Positions 38,100 through 51,600 are shown, counted from the first letter of the stretch. The stretch: 64,000 nt of DNA from Amoebophrya sp. A120 (GCA_905178155.1 CAJINV010000003.1:7797882-7861881), one strand, 5' to 3'. The notes: generated by a model not told the origin, from the letters alone. Numbers and translations are program-made.

Positions 38100-38813
38100 T
38101 CTCCGAGGGCATGATGTTTCACTAACGCATAGGTAGAGCGGGGACGACCCCGGACCAAACGACGGTAGTGCTCACTCCGCTCTTTTTTGTTGTTGTTCCT
38201 CGGTGTCTGATTTTCCGAGGCATTTTTTCGCTCAGCCAAGTTACCCCCCCGTTGTGTGTCCCCTGAAAATGAAACTATTGTAGTACCCGCTTCTCATCTC
38301 GAAGATGGACCTCCATCAACACTTCCTGCTCTAGAAGAATTTGATTGTGCGATCGCTACTGTACTGAGTGCATGCAGTGCTGCGGCGCAACGCCACTTTT
38401 CCTATACAAGGAAGTGTACGAAAAGAACTTCTCTTCAGCAACCACAGTGCATGTGAGTTCGTGAAATCAAGAAAACGCCGCCTGGGGCAGATTTCCATAC
38501 TCACTGGCAGTCGACGCCTTTCAAATTGGTGCATACAATCAAATCCCGAAGGACGCAAACAAACTATAGTACAGAATTCCCGGAATCTCAAACCGTACAC
38601 CCGGAATAGGGAAGGTTGTGATGAATACTTGCACGAGCAGTAACATCTGCCGTTCGTTCCTGTAACAGTTTCATTTGTGAGGAAGACATCTGGGAAACAA
38701 TAAAGGGAAACAGAAACAACTACATGAAGTAGCACACCGTACAAATAAGAAGTTGACTCCAAGAAGAGGCTCTTTCGTAGCGCTTCTTGTTTTGTTGCAG
38801 TCATCTCTAGACT

Positions 38814-41800
38814 CTAGTCTTTTCTTGGAGGGGATCGTCCAGTCTTAACTGGCCGATTGATGCCCGAAGGCCCGATACCGTATAGAATCCGAGGAAAAAA
38901 CGCCATCGCTATAACTGTTGGAAGTAGTCGTAGTGAGTACATTTCTGCTGCAATACAAAATTCCCAGTCACCAGTCATGCAAGATGAAAGTGCACGAGGA
39001 CGAGATCGAGAGCGAAGGTTCAAAGAAATGTAATGCCCACCTTCTTCCTTGTGCTTCTGCAACGAAAGATGTATTGATATGCTAGACAAGTTTTTCGTAC
39101 AAAACGACCTGCAAAATGGTGATAGCGATGACGTTTTCCAGTTCCATAAGCGGTTTGTCGTTTTTACTAATCACGGCGTTGAGGCCCACTTTTGGGAAGT
39201 TGCCGACGCTCTTCGGCATCAAATTGCCGCCCATTTCGAAGTAGGTGCCACCCGTCGAATGCCGCTTGTTAAAGAAAGCTTCCGCGTATCCGGCATTTTC
39301 CGAAGGCACCGGCGTTTGGTGCGGTCCGCTTTCCCTGAGGTTGCAGAAGGAACAGGATGAGAGGTTTAAACTTCAACGAAAAACAACGACTCGTGGGTCG
39401 TGGCGGTGATGTATTTGCAAGGTGAAAACCAGCTTAACGACGACGACGACCTCAGGGACAAATAACAAGAATCATACTGAAAATATTATAGTTTGCAGAC
39501 GTACTAGATAACAAGTTAATAGAAACAGTTTCCTGTACCGCATATCCGCGAGTGAGCGGAACTTCAAGTAGGGCTCCTCCAAAGTGCGGTGCAAAACCTG
39601 TATACTTGGCGTCTCAAGTATGCGGGCGCACAACTCCCCCTCCCCCTCATTCGTTCTGCAAAACCCACAATCTTCTAGCTGCTGCATTGATGTGGCACTG
39701 TCTGCGGGACAAAAAATCCCGAAGCCCAAACAGTACTTACTACATTTTGCGCGGGATTTTGTCATGATGCACGGCTGCACGCTCTACGTGTGATGGCGTT
39801 TGTACTGCTGTTGATGCCGTACTTATCAGGGGGAGGGGAGGTAGTTATGCACTCTCGTATCCCGGTACACGGTGTGCAGCAGGGTGGACAGACTTCTTCG
39901 CTTACACCTTTCGTTGTGGCTTTTGTCCACAAATTCGTGGCGCTCTGGATTCTTGGCGCGAAAAACTTTCAGTGCGTAGTGAAGCCTGTGTAGTAAGAGT
40001 CGAAAATTGGAGGGAATTGCGACCGATAGTTGGACTATCTGTGTATGAAAATAAATAAGTCCTGCCGTTTTGAAATAAAGATATTATTATTAAACCACGT
40101 CATAGATGAAGCAAGCAGAACAACAACAATAAATTTAAATTCAATAGAAACAGAAATAATAAATATAAGAAAGTCAAGTCAATTCCAAAGGGGACCAGTC
40201 GTAAGCAAGTACCATTCCAATTCCCGGTCAAACTCGCCGTATCTCCGGTATTCAAACTGGTACGAAACCGTGTGTTTGTGACACTGTTGGAGAACTTTGG
40301 TGAGCATTTCATACCTTTTTTCGGCAAACTGCCGGGCCAGCTCCTCGTGGCCGCCGTCCTCTTCCGTGGTCCTCCGATATCACGAGGAAAAGTCCCTGCA
40401 TCGTGGTCCCGCATTTTTTGAAAGTAAGCGCAGCTTATAAATTATATACTTATTTGTGTAGCCTGCTAGGTAGGTACGCAAAAACACATACCTCTGCCTT
40501 GCTGCACTTGCATAATTAATACAGGGCACGTAAGCTAGGGCAAGCAATCCGTGAGGACCACGCGTTTCAGCCTACAAAAGATGAACCGGCTATCATGCTG
40601 AACGGTTGGAGTTCTAGAAACTGCAACCCACTGAAAAAATCGGCCTGGAATTATAATATGCCTGGGGCCGGCCCCTAGCTGCAAGACAGAGGCGATTTGT
40701 CTTGTACACGATGTTGAATCAAGTAACATCACAAGTCCCCTCTCGAGCATGGTGTGCGATTTTTCCTCTCGATATGCGAACGAACTTCATCTGGTCCGCC
40801 CCACCTGTTCCTTCGCCGTAGTTTTCGCGGAAGAACCGCTGTTCTGGGCGGACAGCCATCCTCCGGCAGAATTTGACCTCGCACTCCGGACACAGAAACA
40901 GCGCGTGGCCGGTCGTGAACGGCTGACGGTACAAAAGGCACCTCTGGTTCTGGCACCCTTCGAACTTCAACAATTTCAGCAAAAAGTGACTGACGGCCTT
41001 GAGGAGATTCCGTATGTACTGGCGGTACTGGTGCTTGCGGGGCAGGCCCTCCTCCGTCGCGATCGCGGGGCGCATTAGGTTGCATTCGTGCCGCGTGCTA
41101 AGCCGGGGCTTCAGATGGGTCAGGGACAGGATGCTGATGCGCGGGCGGTGTAGTCCGAAGCCCTGCGTTTTCTCGTCGGGCGCCGGGTCCGTGGGGTCCA
41201 ACCCGCGGAAGATGTCAGATGGAACGTCGTTTTCGTAGAACTCACCACTGTAGACTCCAAGGACCCCCGCTGCCTCAGGGAAGGGACCCATGCCACCGCC
41301 CGCTTCGGTCTGTTCGCGCAGACACTCAAAAAGGTGGTCCACCTGAGAGAAGGAGAAGAACGCGTTGTCCTTTTATATGAAGATGACTCAGCGACTACAG
41401 TCTGTAGTTCTACGGTTTTGGAGGTTTGGAACAAACTGCTACCGCGAAAACAATAACAAAGCGACCGCGGAGTGAAAGTATAATGAAAGATCCCAAGATG
41501 GCGCAGGCGGCGCTCTCAGTGTGCAAGTAAGTTCGTTGCACTTTGGTTTGGTACAACCGCAGCCAGAATCCTCGTCCCTCCTGTACTTCCAGGCAGAGTC
41601 GAGGACGCAAATAACCGTCGCGTTCTTGACTTGTCAAACTCTTTATCCCTCGGAGGTGGCGCCACCGCGCGCCTTCAGTGGAAAAAAAAATAAGTAGTCA
41701 TTACCCTGGTTGACTTTGCCACGACATCAGGTAAGCGCGAATTCCGCTGCTTGAGGGGGCGATTGGTTTTCTCTGACAGTGCGAGAACGCCGGGTGGTGA

Positions 41801-44800
41801 AACTGGGGTCTTCGGTGTCTGGACCGTTCTAATGGGAATTCCGAAAAACGCAAACCTGACGATGTTACGTGAAGGAAATCACCTCAAGTGCAATGAAGCG
41901 GCTCCTGATATGATTGCGCATAATTCTCCGACGATATATTATGGATTGATCATGCTCTGAATCAAATGTTCGAAAAGCTCAGCATTAGTTACTGATGCCT
42001 AGGAAGGTGGCCCGAAGACATGATCAGCTATGCATAGATAACAATCAACATCGACAATCACATCAAAAAATAAAGAGAATGAGAAATAGCAATAAGTACA
42101 CGTAGTCCTTCAGCAGTGCCAGGGTAGTCGCTTCGAAGGGTGTTGCTTCGTCCAGAATATTGAGGAGGAAGACGTCATCCTCGATTTCTCTTTCTATGGA
42201 AGTGTTAGGCTTATCGAAATCGACAAAGCTGAACAAATACCATAGTAATGCTAAACCGGTCGCAACTTGTTCCACGGAACCTGTAAGGACACCTTTCCGC
42301 AGAGAGCCAGGCCAACTACAGGGCGCGGAGTCAGTATCAGACCGCCAGCTCGTGGGATGCATCAAATGCCCAGCACAAAGTGCCTGTGCAAGTGAGGCCG
42401 ATTATGTGCCTGTTCAGGGTCAGAGATGATATCATGAACAAGTTGCGAAGCAGCACGAAAAATGCAACGTTCTACTTTCCACCGCGCGACTCAGCAACAA
42501 GTTGGGCTTTCAACTGGAAGAGGAAGAAAGTGGTATCGAGTTTTATGCATGACAAAAATTGTTCACCTTTTCGATTTTGAACCTGTCGCTTCCATATTTT
42601 CGTCGTCTGACATATTTTTCCCGTCTGATAGATTCTGTCCGACTCCGATGCATTTACTACTTCTTTGACGCTTACTTTACTAGCTTGAATCACACAGATA
42701 ATTCATCAACAATCACAGATAAGAATAGCGGAGACAAGACCGAGAGGCGCGGTCCAGTATGCAAAATGGTCGAAGCGCACGACGGAGAGACGACGTTATT
42801 GAGTTCAAAAGAAGATATTTAACGTACGAATTTCTCTCTCAGTTAGTTATAGTCCGTGACTCATCTCGACGATTTAGCGCGCACCACAATTAAACGATCA
42901 CACACGAAAGATCGCTCTACCTGTCGCCCGACTGGTGCGTGAATCCGATTTTCCGTACACGACCACGACGAAGAAAATAAAACGGCGAAGAAAAGGAAGA
43001 AGAGAAAGCGCTTCAACTCAAATAGCAACGATGAATTCGTCATTCACTCACAGAAATCATCGGACTGTCTCTGTTGCTCTCCCGTTCTGGAGGCGTCTGC
43101 AATAAGCATAAGCGATGCACGCATCATTTGTTGCGAGTTTGTTGCTGTTGCCAAACCTTTCAAAAAGCCCGTGCTCTTTCATCCCGGTGTTTAAATAACG
43201 TTTTACGCTACTACTTTATTCCTCCAGGGAAATTAGTAGACGTAGAACATTAAACACCAGGGGCCGCTGGCTTTGGTTCAAGGTTTCAGCGACAATGTTG
43301 GATTGAGACTTGTTGTGTATCACTCGCGGTCGCGCCATGATGCAGAGAGTGAGAGCGCAAGCCACTGCGCCGCGACTTACAAGCGAGAGCCCTCTTGGGT
43401 CCTTTCCAGTGGGGCAACGGAGCCAACTCTCTCGGTCACTGTGTGTCGAGCAGCTATCGCAACTTTGCAAGCCAAGCCTCGCGGTTGTAGATCGGTCTTC
43501 TACTACGGCGCGAGCCCTGGCCGATGTATGTCACTAGCTGGCTTGCCCCTGTGGACACGCCCCCAAAAACTGAACTATGACTATCGGCCCGGTCTTAATC
43601 CAAGTTGCTTTTGATCCTTGCTCTCCGGTTCTGCGCACTTCGTCACCGATGGAAACGAAAACGCATACGCAAACAGTGTGGCCGCGAATTATATCATACT
43701 CAGAAGCTAAAACTTGTGCCGAGTTTCAGGACGAATGATTCGGTCGGTCCTCTAAAAATATTTGTCATCATCATGGACACACAGAAACGCGTCCTGCTCC
43801 TGCAGAGTCTCCTGTCTTCGATGGGCCGTCTCCGATATAGCTACAGCCCCACAGCAGTGGAGACATAACGCGCCCAGGCTTCTCCCGTTTTTTCAATTTC
43901 TTTGGGAACACGCCACCTGCAGTGCCTGCCGGTGTAACCTCCACTACAACGTGGCATTTCCTCGGTGGGACGCTTACATGGGCTTCAGGTTCAGCGTGTC
44001 GTCACGATGCTACCGTTTTATGAACGAATGATTGCGACACAGCAAACTATGCTGATCTACTCGTATGACAGTGAAATCAACTTTGATTTTTTACTTTGTG
44101 TCCGTCCTTTTTAACTTTGAGTCGCGCGAAAAAGGTAAAACCTTCAATCGGATGCCGCGAATCCAATAGTAACATCAAACAAACAAACTTCAGGTAACGG
44201 TTGCCTGCTCTTACTGCGAAACCTTCCTGCATGTCGGAATACTTGATGTTGACTTTTTTTTTCCTACTTTCCAACAGAATTTGCCTATTCTGCTGTTGTA
44301 GAGGCCCTTCAAGCAAGTATATCAATGCTAATATCTGAGCGTGTCCATGGATGCTCCATGTCCATTGCCGCATCTCTCTAATATCATTGAATAATTAGCT
44401 GCTCTCTTCTATGTAGTTACATATCTTTACTCTTTTCTTCATTTCTCTTTTTTTCATCATTAATGCAGATCGGGAGCTTGATTTGAGTCCACCGGATCGG
44501 GGCCCGTTTGACATTTGACTTCTATGAAAGCTTGCTCCCTTGTTTTTTCGTTTTGACACATATGGAAGTAGTCTTTGCGCTTCCTCAGCCTAATTTTGCA
44601 GTCTTCGGACTCCCCTGCCCACTGGCTGCCTAAGTAGTGGCGGCATGGGCATCGCGTGCCAAATATAGCCACCGTGCTGGCGGAGGTAGTGAGGTCGCTG
44701 GCTTCCTTTTGCCTTCGCCCTGGCCGCGGGCCGCCCACGCGCCTGCTTTTTGCGGGCCCGCACGGAATGGCGGCTACTTCACAAACGTTGGGGATTTTGG

Positions 44801-47800
44801 GAAATTTCCAAAATTCCTCTTCGGGAACCAGCCCCGTTCGTATGGGGCCGGTCCGGGCGCCCCGGGGTAGGCCCAGAAAACGGGGACAAATCTGGCCCGC
44901 AGCCGCAGCACGCGGGCTGGCTTAATATCATGAAGCGCGCCCGACTTCTGACAAAGTTGTCCTCGGGCGCGCATTTTCTTGTTGGCGTTTTCATTTTTCG
45001 AGGCTGCACTTTTCGCGAAGCTTCCCAAGCTCACACAGAAACAGGCGAAAAGCCGGCCGCTTTAGTGGTCACCCAGAAGGCCATAAAACCACGACCACTC
45101 CGCGCGGTTTCGCGGCTGCGATTTTGTGCGCGGTCTCTCTGGGTTCACTTTTGGGGGTCCCAAATCGCCAGAACCCGAGGCGGCGGGCGCCTTCAAACAA
45201 GGGCGCCCCCTTTGCCGGCGCGCCATCATTTTGCTTTTTTTCCACATAAGAAACAAACGCCCTGCAGACTCTAGAACTGCCGGCCATTTTTGGCGGCTCA
45301 TGTCGAGAAAACCTCCTTGCTAGAGCCGTTCCATGACCTCACTACATACGAATGCTTAGTGCCGTATTCGTGTCCCAGCACGGCAATAAACGACTTTCGG
45401 TGTTCGTGTAGTTTATGATGATGTCGCATGATTTTTGATACGTATGTTTTATTTTGGTTCTTATTGTTTTTTTTTTTTTTTTTGAAATTAATTAGTGCGG
45501 CGCTCATGAACTTTCTTTACGGACATCCGCAACATAATCTCACGATGCGGCCGGAGAAATCGACATCACAATCGGATACAATGCAATTTAGTATCCATAA
45601 CATAAAAATTACAGAACAACCCGGCCGGTGGGGTCTGTGTCATTCCGCCGGGGAAACATTGAAAGTTCGCGCGCGCGTATTTTACGGAATTTCACCGCTT
45701 TGCCCGCTTTGCCTGCTTTGCCTGCTTTGCCTGCTTTGCCGGGCCGCCTGCTCCGCCCCCCGTCTTAACATTGGAAAAGGGCCGCATGTCCGCCCCCTCT
45801 CTCAACATTGGGAAAGAATGCAAGCCCAGCCGGGACACCTTTGTTTCCCCCTCTAACACTAACATTGGAAAGAGAAGGCAAGGGCGGGGGACCCTCTCCA
45901 TTCCCCCTTTTATTGGGGCCGGGGTGGTCCATCACAAAAAGGCAAGGCAGTGCGGGGAATTTTCACCAGGGCAGGTCTTTCCTGGGGAATGAAAGGCGGG
46001 CCCTCCAGCGTTGCAAAGGAAGCAAACGGAAGAGTCCCCGCGTTCGGCGCGGGGCGGCTTCTGTAGATCCGCCCGCGAAGCAGTTCTGCCCGCAGGAGGC
46101 AACGGCGGGCGGAAAAAGACAAATAGGCGGAGGCAACCAAGGCGATGCCTCCAGGGACCGGGGAAGGCAGGGCTCCCACCTTCACGCGTATACAGCAGGC
46201 CTGCTGTCTGGCTGCTGTTTTCTCGCCTGTGAATGGGGCGCGCAGCTTCTTTTTGGCATCTACTCTCCCAAATGTGAAAGGGCGCAACGAACATTTTCTG
46301 GCAGTCATTTTTTGACATGTGAGAAAATGAGTCTGCTTCTTGTCGGCTACCCTTGCACATGCGAGAAGTGCGCTGCGTTCTTTTCGGGGTTTTTTCACAT
46401 GTGAAAAAATGGCGTCTGTTTTTGGCAGCCATTTTTGCGCACGTGATTGAAAAAATGAAGCCTGTACCTACCAGCCACTTTTTCACATTTGAAAAAACGG
46501 AGCCTCTTCCTGGTGCGACTCGCCTTTTTTTTGACATGTGCCGCACGCTTGTGCTTGCTCCTGGCAGACATTTGCTCACATGTAACAAAGTAAATGGAGG
46601 GAGCCTGTTTCATGCGGCCACCTATCTTTTATGTGTGAAAAAATGCACTCTCTCCCTGGCAGCCATTTTCCCGCATGTGAAAAAACAAAAGCTGCTTGCT
46701 CCCGGCTGCCATTTTTTCGCGCGTGGCCGAAACGGTGGGACGTTCTCCTGATAGCTATTCTGTCATGTGTGGAAAGATCAAACTTGTTCCCGGCGCCCAT
46801 TTTTTCAAACGTGAAAGAGTGAAGCTCTTCCCACTGCCTGTCGACCATTTCCCCACATATGAAAAGGCGGGGCATGATCTGCGAAAGGCCCGCGAAAGAT
46901 TTGTGAAAAATGTGCGCACGATTGAGATCTTGGCTAGGGGCGAAATCTTTCGCATGTCCTGGCGCGAATCTTCCACCAGTGCCCCCTCGGTTTTCGCCTA
47001 CCGAATCTCTCAGCGATCATTTTTTAACATGTGGAGAAATGAAGCCTGTTCCCGGCTGCCATTAATTTTGTTCCCATGTGAGTTGATATTTGAAAAATTG
47101 AAGTGCTGCGATTTTTTCACATGTGAAAAATTTTTTTCACATGTGAAAAAATGAAGCTGCTTCCGTGTGCTATGCAACCACGTGAAACAGTGGCGCTAAT
47201 TCTGTCTGCTATTTTTTCACATGTGAAAGCATGCGCCCTGTTCCTGGCGGACATTTTTGCGCATGCGCAGCCGTTTTCTCGGATGTGAATAGGACTCACC
47301 TTGCCCGCGGGGGCCATTTTTTCACATGTGAAAAAATGAAACTTGTCGCTGGCTGCTATTCGCATGTGAAAGAATGGAGAGGGACCTTTTTCCTGGCGGC
47401 CATTTTTTCACACGTGAAAAAATGGAAGCTATTCCCGGCGGGGGCGGGCTTTTTCGGCATGTGAAAAAATAAAGTTTGCCCCTTTCTTCCTTTTTCTTTC
47501 CGTGACCCTAGAAAGACACTAGAGGAGGGAAGCATGCATCCAGCAAGAACGTTCGCCCGGGTTTGCATGCATCCAGCAAGAACAAACAAGCAGCGAAATT
47601 TGCCCCCGGCGCCCATTCGTTCACATATGAAGGAATGAGGCGTCTACCTGTCGGCGATTTTTTCACGTGTAACTAAAGAAATCAAATAGAGCGCGTCCCC
47701 GGCAGCCATTTTGTCACGTGTGCCAAAAAAAGGCTAGGCCCTAGCGGTCGTTTGTTCACATTTGAAAAGATGGAGCAGGTTCCCGCGTTTGCCCTGTATT

Positions 47801-48541
47801 TGTTTTGCTGCCATCCTCGGCTCCTCATTGGCCAGAGGGGAGAGCGCATCCATCCTAGAGCGGTGCTCGTTTTCTGTACATACTTAAGCCCGAAAGGCCC
47901 AGGTCGTAAAAATAGCGCGCGCGTGCGTAGCTGGCTGGCCCGGCCCCCGGCAAGGCACGAAGCAGGCAAAGCAGGCAAAGCAGGCGAAGCAGGCAAAGCA
48001 GGGAAAATAGAGCCCCGGGGGCCTGCCGCTGTCTGAGACAGAGGGCGGGGCCAAATTTTGTAAAACGCGCGCGCGCGCAGGGCATCAGACCCATCGGAAT
48101 TTCTAGCGATTTGGTTGAGGTTTTTTCCTTTGTTTCTTTTTCGCTTCAGAAAAAAAAAAAGCCAATTTTTTAAGTTGAATCAGGTCGGCTTAAACGAAAA
48201 GTCATAAATTTTCACTTTTTCCCGCATGCTATGACCAACCCCACCGGTCGGGTCACTCTCAAAAATTAAAATAGATCTTCACTACTTCCTTGTCTCTGTT
48301 CATGTTCCTGCTGCAACGCGGTAACGAGAGCGTTTTAAACGTTTGTGAGCCTCGTCTTAATAATGCTGATGAGCCTCGATCCGAAGCATTCCGTACCTGT
48401 AGCTACGAAGACGTTGCTAGTACTTTTTGGTGCTGTGGATTTTTCATTTAAACGCACATTCTTTAAATAATTGTCGTTCTGAATTCTGCGGAACTTCTCT
48501 GTCGTGCTGAAGTCTGTAACCAAGTACTGTTCGTCACTCAT
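38814..48541 (-). CDS. Multi-exon archaemetzincin (peptidase M54)-like protein, apparently catalytically inactive; outer exons tentative
   Basis: Core exon 41342-40776 has LLKAVSHFLLKLLKFEGCQNQRCLLY...LFLCPEC, matching the M54 Cys pattern without HExxHxxGxxH. Putative first exon 48541-48397 splices GT-AG to 44614; 3' exons traced to ~38814. Confidence 0.55.
39618..39860. mobile_element. TIR-bounded non-canonical intron with family-A geometry (element + 3 nt), decayed TSD
   Basis: Arms GTATGCGGGCGCACAACTCCCCCTCCCCCT and (revcomp) ATACGAGAGTGCATAACTACCTCCCCTCCCCCT. Removing 39615-39860 joins TVYRE|TPSIQ in frame. Confidence 0.72.
40377..40775. mobile_element. Family-A introner, 399 bp, TSD CCG/GCG
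   Basis: TIR ATATCACGAGGAAAAGTCCC vs ATATCGAGAGGAAAAATCGC (16/20). Removing 402 nt joins KFVR|RTTEED. Confidence 0.82.
44656..45348 (-). mobile_element. ~0.7-kb intronic repeat copy H1 (Helentron/Helitron2-like, non-autonomous)
   Basis: Asymmetric inverted repeat GTAGTGAGGTC (44686-96) / GACCTCACTAC (45335-45), GC hairpin outside the left arm, no TSD seen. Homologous to H2-H4. Confidence 0.7.
45697..45741. repeat. (GCTTTGCCT)x5 array, mirrored by an inverted (AAGCAGGCA)n array at ~47958-48000
   Basis: Read directly from the sequence. Confidence 0.9.
46250..47780. repeat. Degenerate ~42-45 bp minisatellite (roughly 30-35 units) centred on the palindrome CATTTTTTCACATGTGAAAAAATG
   Basis: Cores recur at ~46316, 46358, 46398, 46440, 46486, 46535 and onward; two back-to-back palindromes at 47111-47153. 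Confidence 0.88.
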
Positions 48542-48608
48542 TCATAGTACTTAAAGTCAAACCAACATCGATACGTAAATGATTTTTTTTTCGTTTCTTT
48601 CATGTGGA

Positions 48609-51600
48609 TTACTCCTGCTCTTGCTGCAGTGGATAGTTCATCTTCGATTCGGGCACAATCTTCTTGTCGGACATATTATGCTCGTTGCTAGTGCCATCTT
48701 CGTTGCTAGTATTGCGCTCCAGCTTTTCGTGCTGCTTCGCGTCAGCATCTTCCAGCTCGGTCTCAATGACAGCGCCGAACTTATCGTTGATCCGCTTCCG
48801 ATTGTCCTTGATTCTATGACCGGCCGATCCGACGTCTCCTTGTGGTGGCCGTTCGCTAGCCGCTCTGGTTCTGGAAGGTTCACCTGCGAAACTTCCTTGC
48901 CGTCGCTGGGCTTGCTCGGATTGCGCGAAGGCGGAGTTGCCGTGGCCCGAACGCGCCAGCCAATTTGCTTCGCGATCTAGCCGCTGCACCTTCTGTACGT
49001 TTGCCTCGTCGAGGAACATATCAATTAGTTGAGTCCAGTCGAGGTGTCTCGTATACCCGAGCGTTTTCTGGGGTCTTCTCTTTGGTTTCTCCACTTTCTG
49101 CGCTCTTTTTTTCTTGTTCGTTTTTTCGGATTTACGCCGATGCGCCTCTCCGCCCGGTGAATCCACGCACTCCGCGTCATCATCTTCGTGTGTGTTGCTC
49201 GACGAAACGGTGTTCGCCAATTCGGAGGAAATTTGTCGCTTGCCCGTCGCCGAAGCATCAACCACGAGGTCCGATGGAAACGCCGGCAGGGTCAAACGCT
49301 GCGACGCCGAATCCGTCAAGCTTTTCGTTGGTCCGTCACCGTCTTGTTCTGCGACTGTAAATGGCACTGGTTTGTCCATCTCGTTTTGTTCATGTTCATC
49401 TTTACGATCGCCCAAGATTTCCGGACCGAACTCCGCAACCGCATCCCGCAACTGCTGTGCCTCGATTTCACGTCTCCTCTCCAAGTTCGCCGAAAAGCTG
49501 TGTGAGTGAGTACATGCCGGATGGGCGCGCGACTCTCTATTTCGATGCAAATCACAAACGAATCTCTATCAAATACGAGTGCACAAGCCTGCTATTTACA
49601 CACATTCGCTATTTTTGTTTTTTTGTGGGCGTTTGCTCATGCTAACAAGTTGTTTTCGCTGTTCGCTATTGCTGTTGCTTCTTGGTGCTTTTGCTAAGCC
49701 TAAACTGTACGCCCGGCCTTAAACCCTAAGCCGCTTCGCGCCCCAAGCCGAGGCCGCGCCGAAGGGAGAGGCAACGCCCAAAACCGAGGCCCGGCCAGAA
49801 GCCGAGGCCTCGCCCAAGGCCGAAGCCGTGCCTAAAGCCGGCTGGGGCCGCGTCCAAAGTAAGCCGAGGCCGTGCGGCAAAAGAAGCGCCAAGGCCCAGG
49901 TCGCGCGCGCGAAGAAGCCCCAAGACCGAGGCCGTGCGGCCAAAGAAAAGCCAAAGCCTGCCGAAGGGGGCCGCGCGGCCAAAGGCCAAATACGAGGCCG
50001 CGCGGCCGAGCGCCTACGCCGAAGCCGCACGGCCAAACAAACATTTGGCGCTTGGCCAAACGGCCAAGGGCCAAACCCGCGGCACTTTCTTCAGCGAGAA
50101 AGCACGGGCGGGCTGCGTGACGTTTTTCCTGCTGCCATCCTTTATTTTTTATTTTTTCAATAAGCTTCATGCGGCTCCTCTGTTTTCGCTCTCCTACTCC
50201 TTCGCCTTCTACCATATGGCGTGTAATTGAGTAACAAGTCTGACACGTGCACGCGGAGCTTCTGTAGCCTACTTTAATATTTGACCCATCATAATCAATC
50301 GATTCAATTACAATTCACTGTTACGATCGCCACCAATAACGAATAAGATTTGAGAAGTACCCCTGGACCCAGTCGGGCAAAGTCTGCTCGGTGGGTTGGT
50401 CACAGAACGCATCCTGTGCAAAAGTGTCGCACTTGCAAAAATTGCAACCTTGGGATCGATAGTGGACCGCAAAAAATCCCTAGTCGAATATGCCCAGACA
50501 AAAAGAACCATCTCCATCCTTCCTTTTCTTTCATGCGGTTTAAAATAGTGCGATACTTTTGCAGTGCGTAGAACATCAGGTACGGCAATTCCTGAGGTTC
50601 TCGATAGGAGTGATACTTGGAATCCCCGTACACCTGCGCGACGCGAATATGCCTTAACTTCAAGTCCTCTGCAGCGATATCGGGACTCACGGCCCATCGA
50701 GTTGAAAAGTGCCCAACCTTCAGAAGTTTCAGATGCTTGTTGCAAAGTTTGTTTCCAAATCCACTTGTGGTGTTAATCTGACCGCAAGGACGGACGCAAC
50801 CTATTGGAAACCTGTCTGCAGATGGTCAGGCCGCCAGATCGCGGAGCCAAGCGGACGGAAGCCATCGCCAAGCTCATGCAACTTTTTGTCTTACATGCTT
50901 TGTTCATGATTCGCGCCTCAATCGATACTCATCCGCTCTTTGTCGGTATTGCATACTTTCATTGACAGGACGCCAAACCATACTCATCCACTTGACGACT
51001 ATTGCCTGCGCATGCTTGAGCGAAGACTCACTGTATCTTGCCTGCTTGGGCGAAGTCCGCGTCTGCCTCAGATTCTAATTGTGTCAAGCAGCTCGTACAT
51101 GACAAGTCCCGCTTTTCTCGTTGTTGAGCCTTTTATTTGCAAAACATTTTTTTCCATTGTGTTCTGTATCGAAAATTTGCGTTCTTGCTAGGATATGCAA
51201 TGTTTGCCTTTGCACTGGTAAGCGTAAGGAGATTTGCAATACAAATGCAGCAACGTCCTGAGGTGGAGGCGCTTTTCACTCTGATACGCCTGGCATCAGA
51301 ACGACACGGCCTCCCTTGTGCCATCGAGCGGGCGTACCGACGAAAGGACACGCGTGCACCAAACGAGAGGCGTCCAACACGCGGAGCGGTTCTCGGAGAT
51401 CACGTCCGGTCATAATCGGGAGGTTGATAATCATTTTCACGATACCATGCGGGTCAATAAGGTACATCCCGCGCACCGGAGATCAAAAGAAAAATACTGG
51501 GAGTCGTCCCGCCATTTTCGATGTTCTAGCAAGGTCAAGGGCCATGGGCGACGTGTGGAAACCTAGGTACTCTACTTGGTAGAGGCGTGCAGTAGGACGC

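Larger units (their letters stand above)
45612..48260. mobile_element. 2649-bp non-autonomous hAT-like/foldback DNA transposon inside an intron
   Basis: Perfect 8-bp TSD AAAAATTA (45604-11, 48261-68). Imperfect TIR CAGAACAACCCGGCCGGTGGGGT vs GAGAGTGACCCGACCGGTGGGGT. Inverted subterminal 9-mer arrays; no transposase ORF. Confidence 0.78.

Noticed and set aside
46250-47780. CRISPR-like array of palindromic repeats
   Set aside because: The linkers are homologous to each other rather than unique spacers, the repeats are highly degenerate, there are no cas genes and the context is a eukaryotic intron; it is a minisatellite.
44460-48094. Numerous short ORFs with repeated FFTCEK/FSHVKK peptides
   Set aside because: Translations of the palindrome array and GC-rich repeats; no transposase motifs.
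49719-49731. Telomere-like TAAACCCTAA
   Set aside because: Single unit only.
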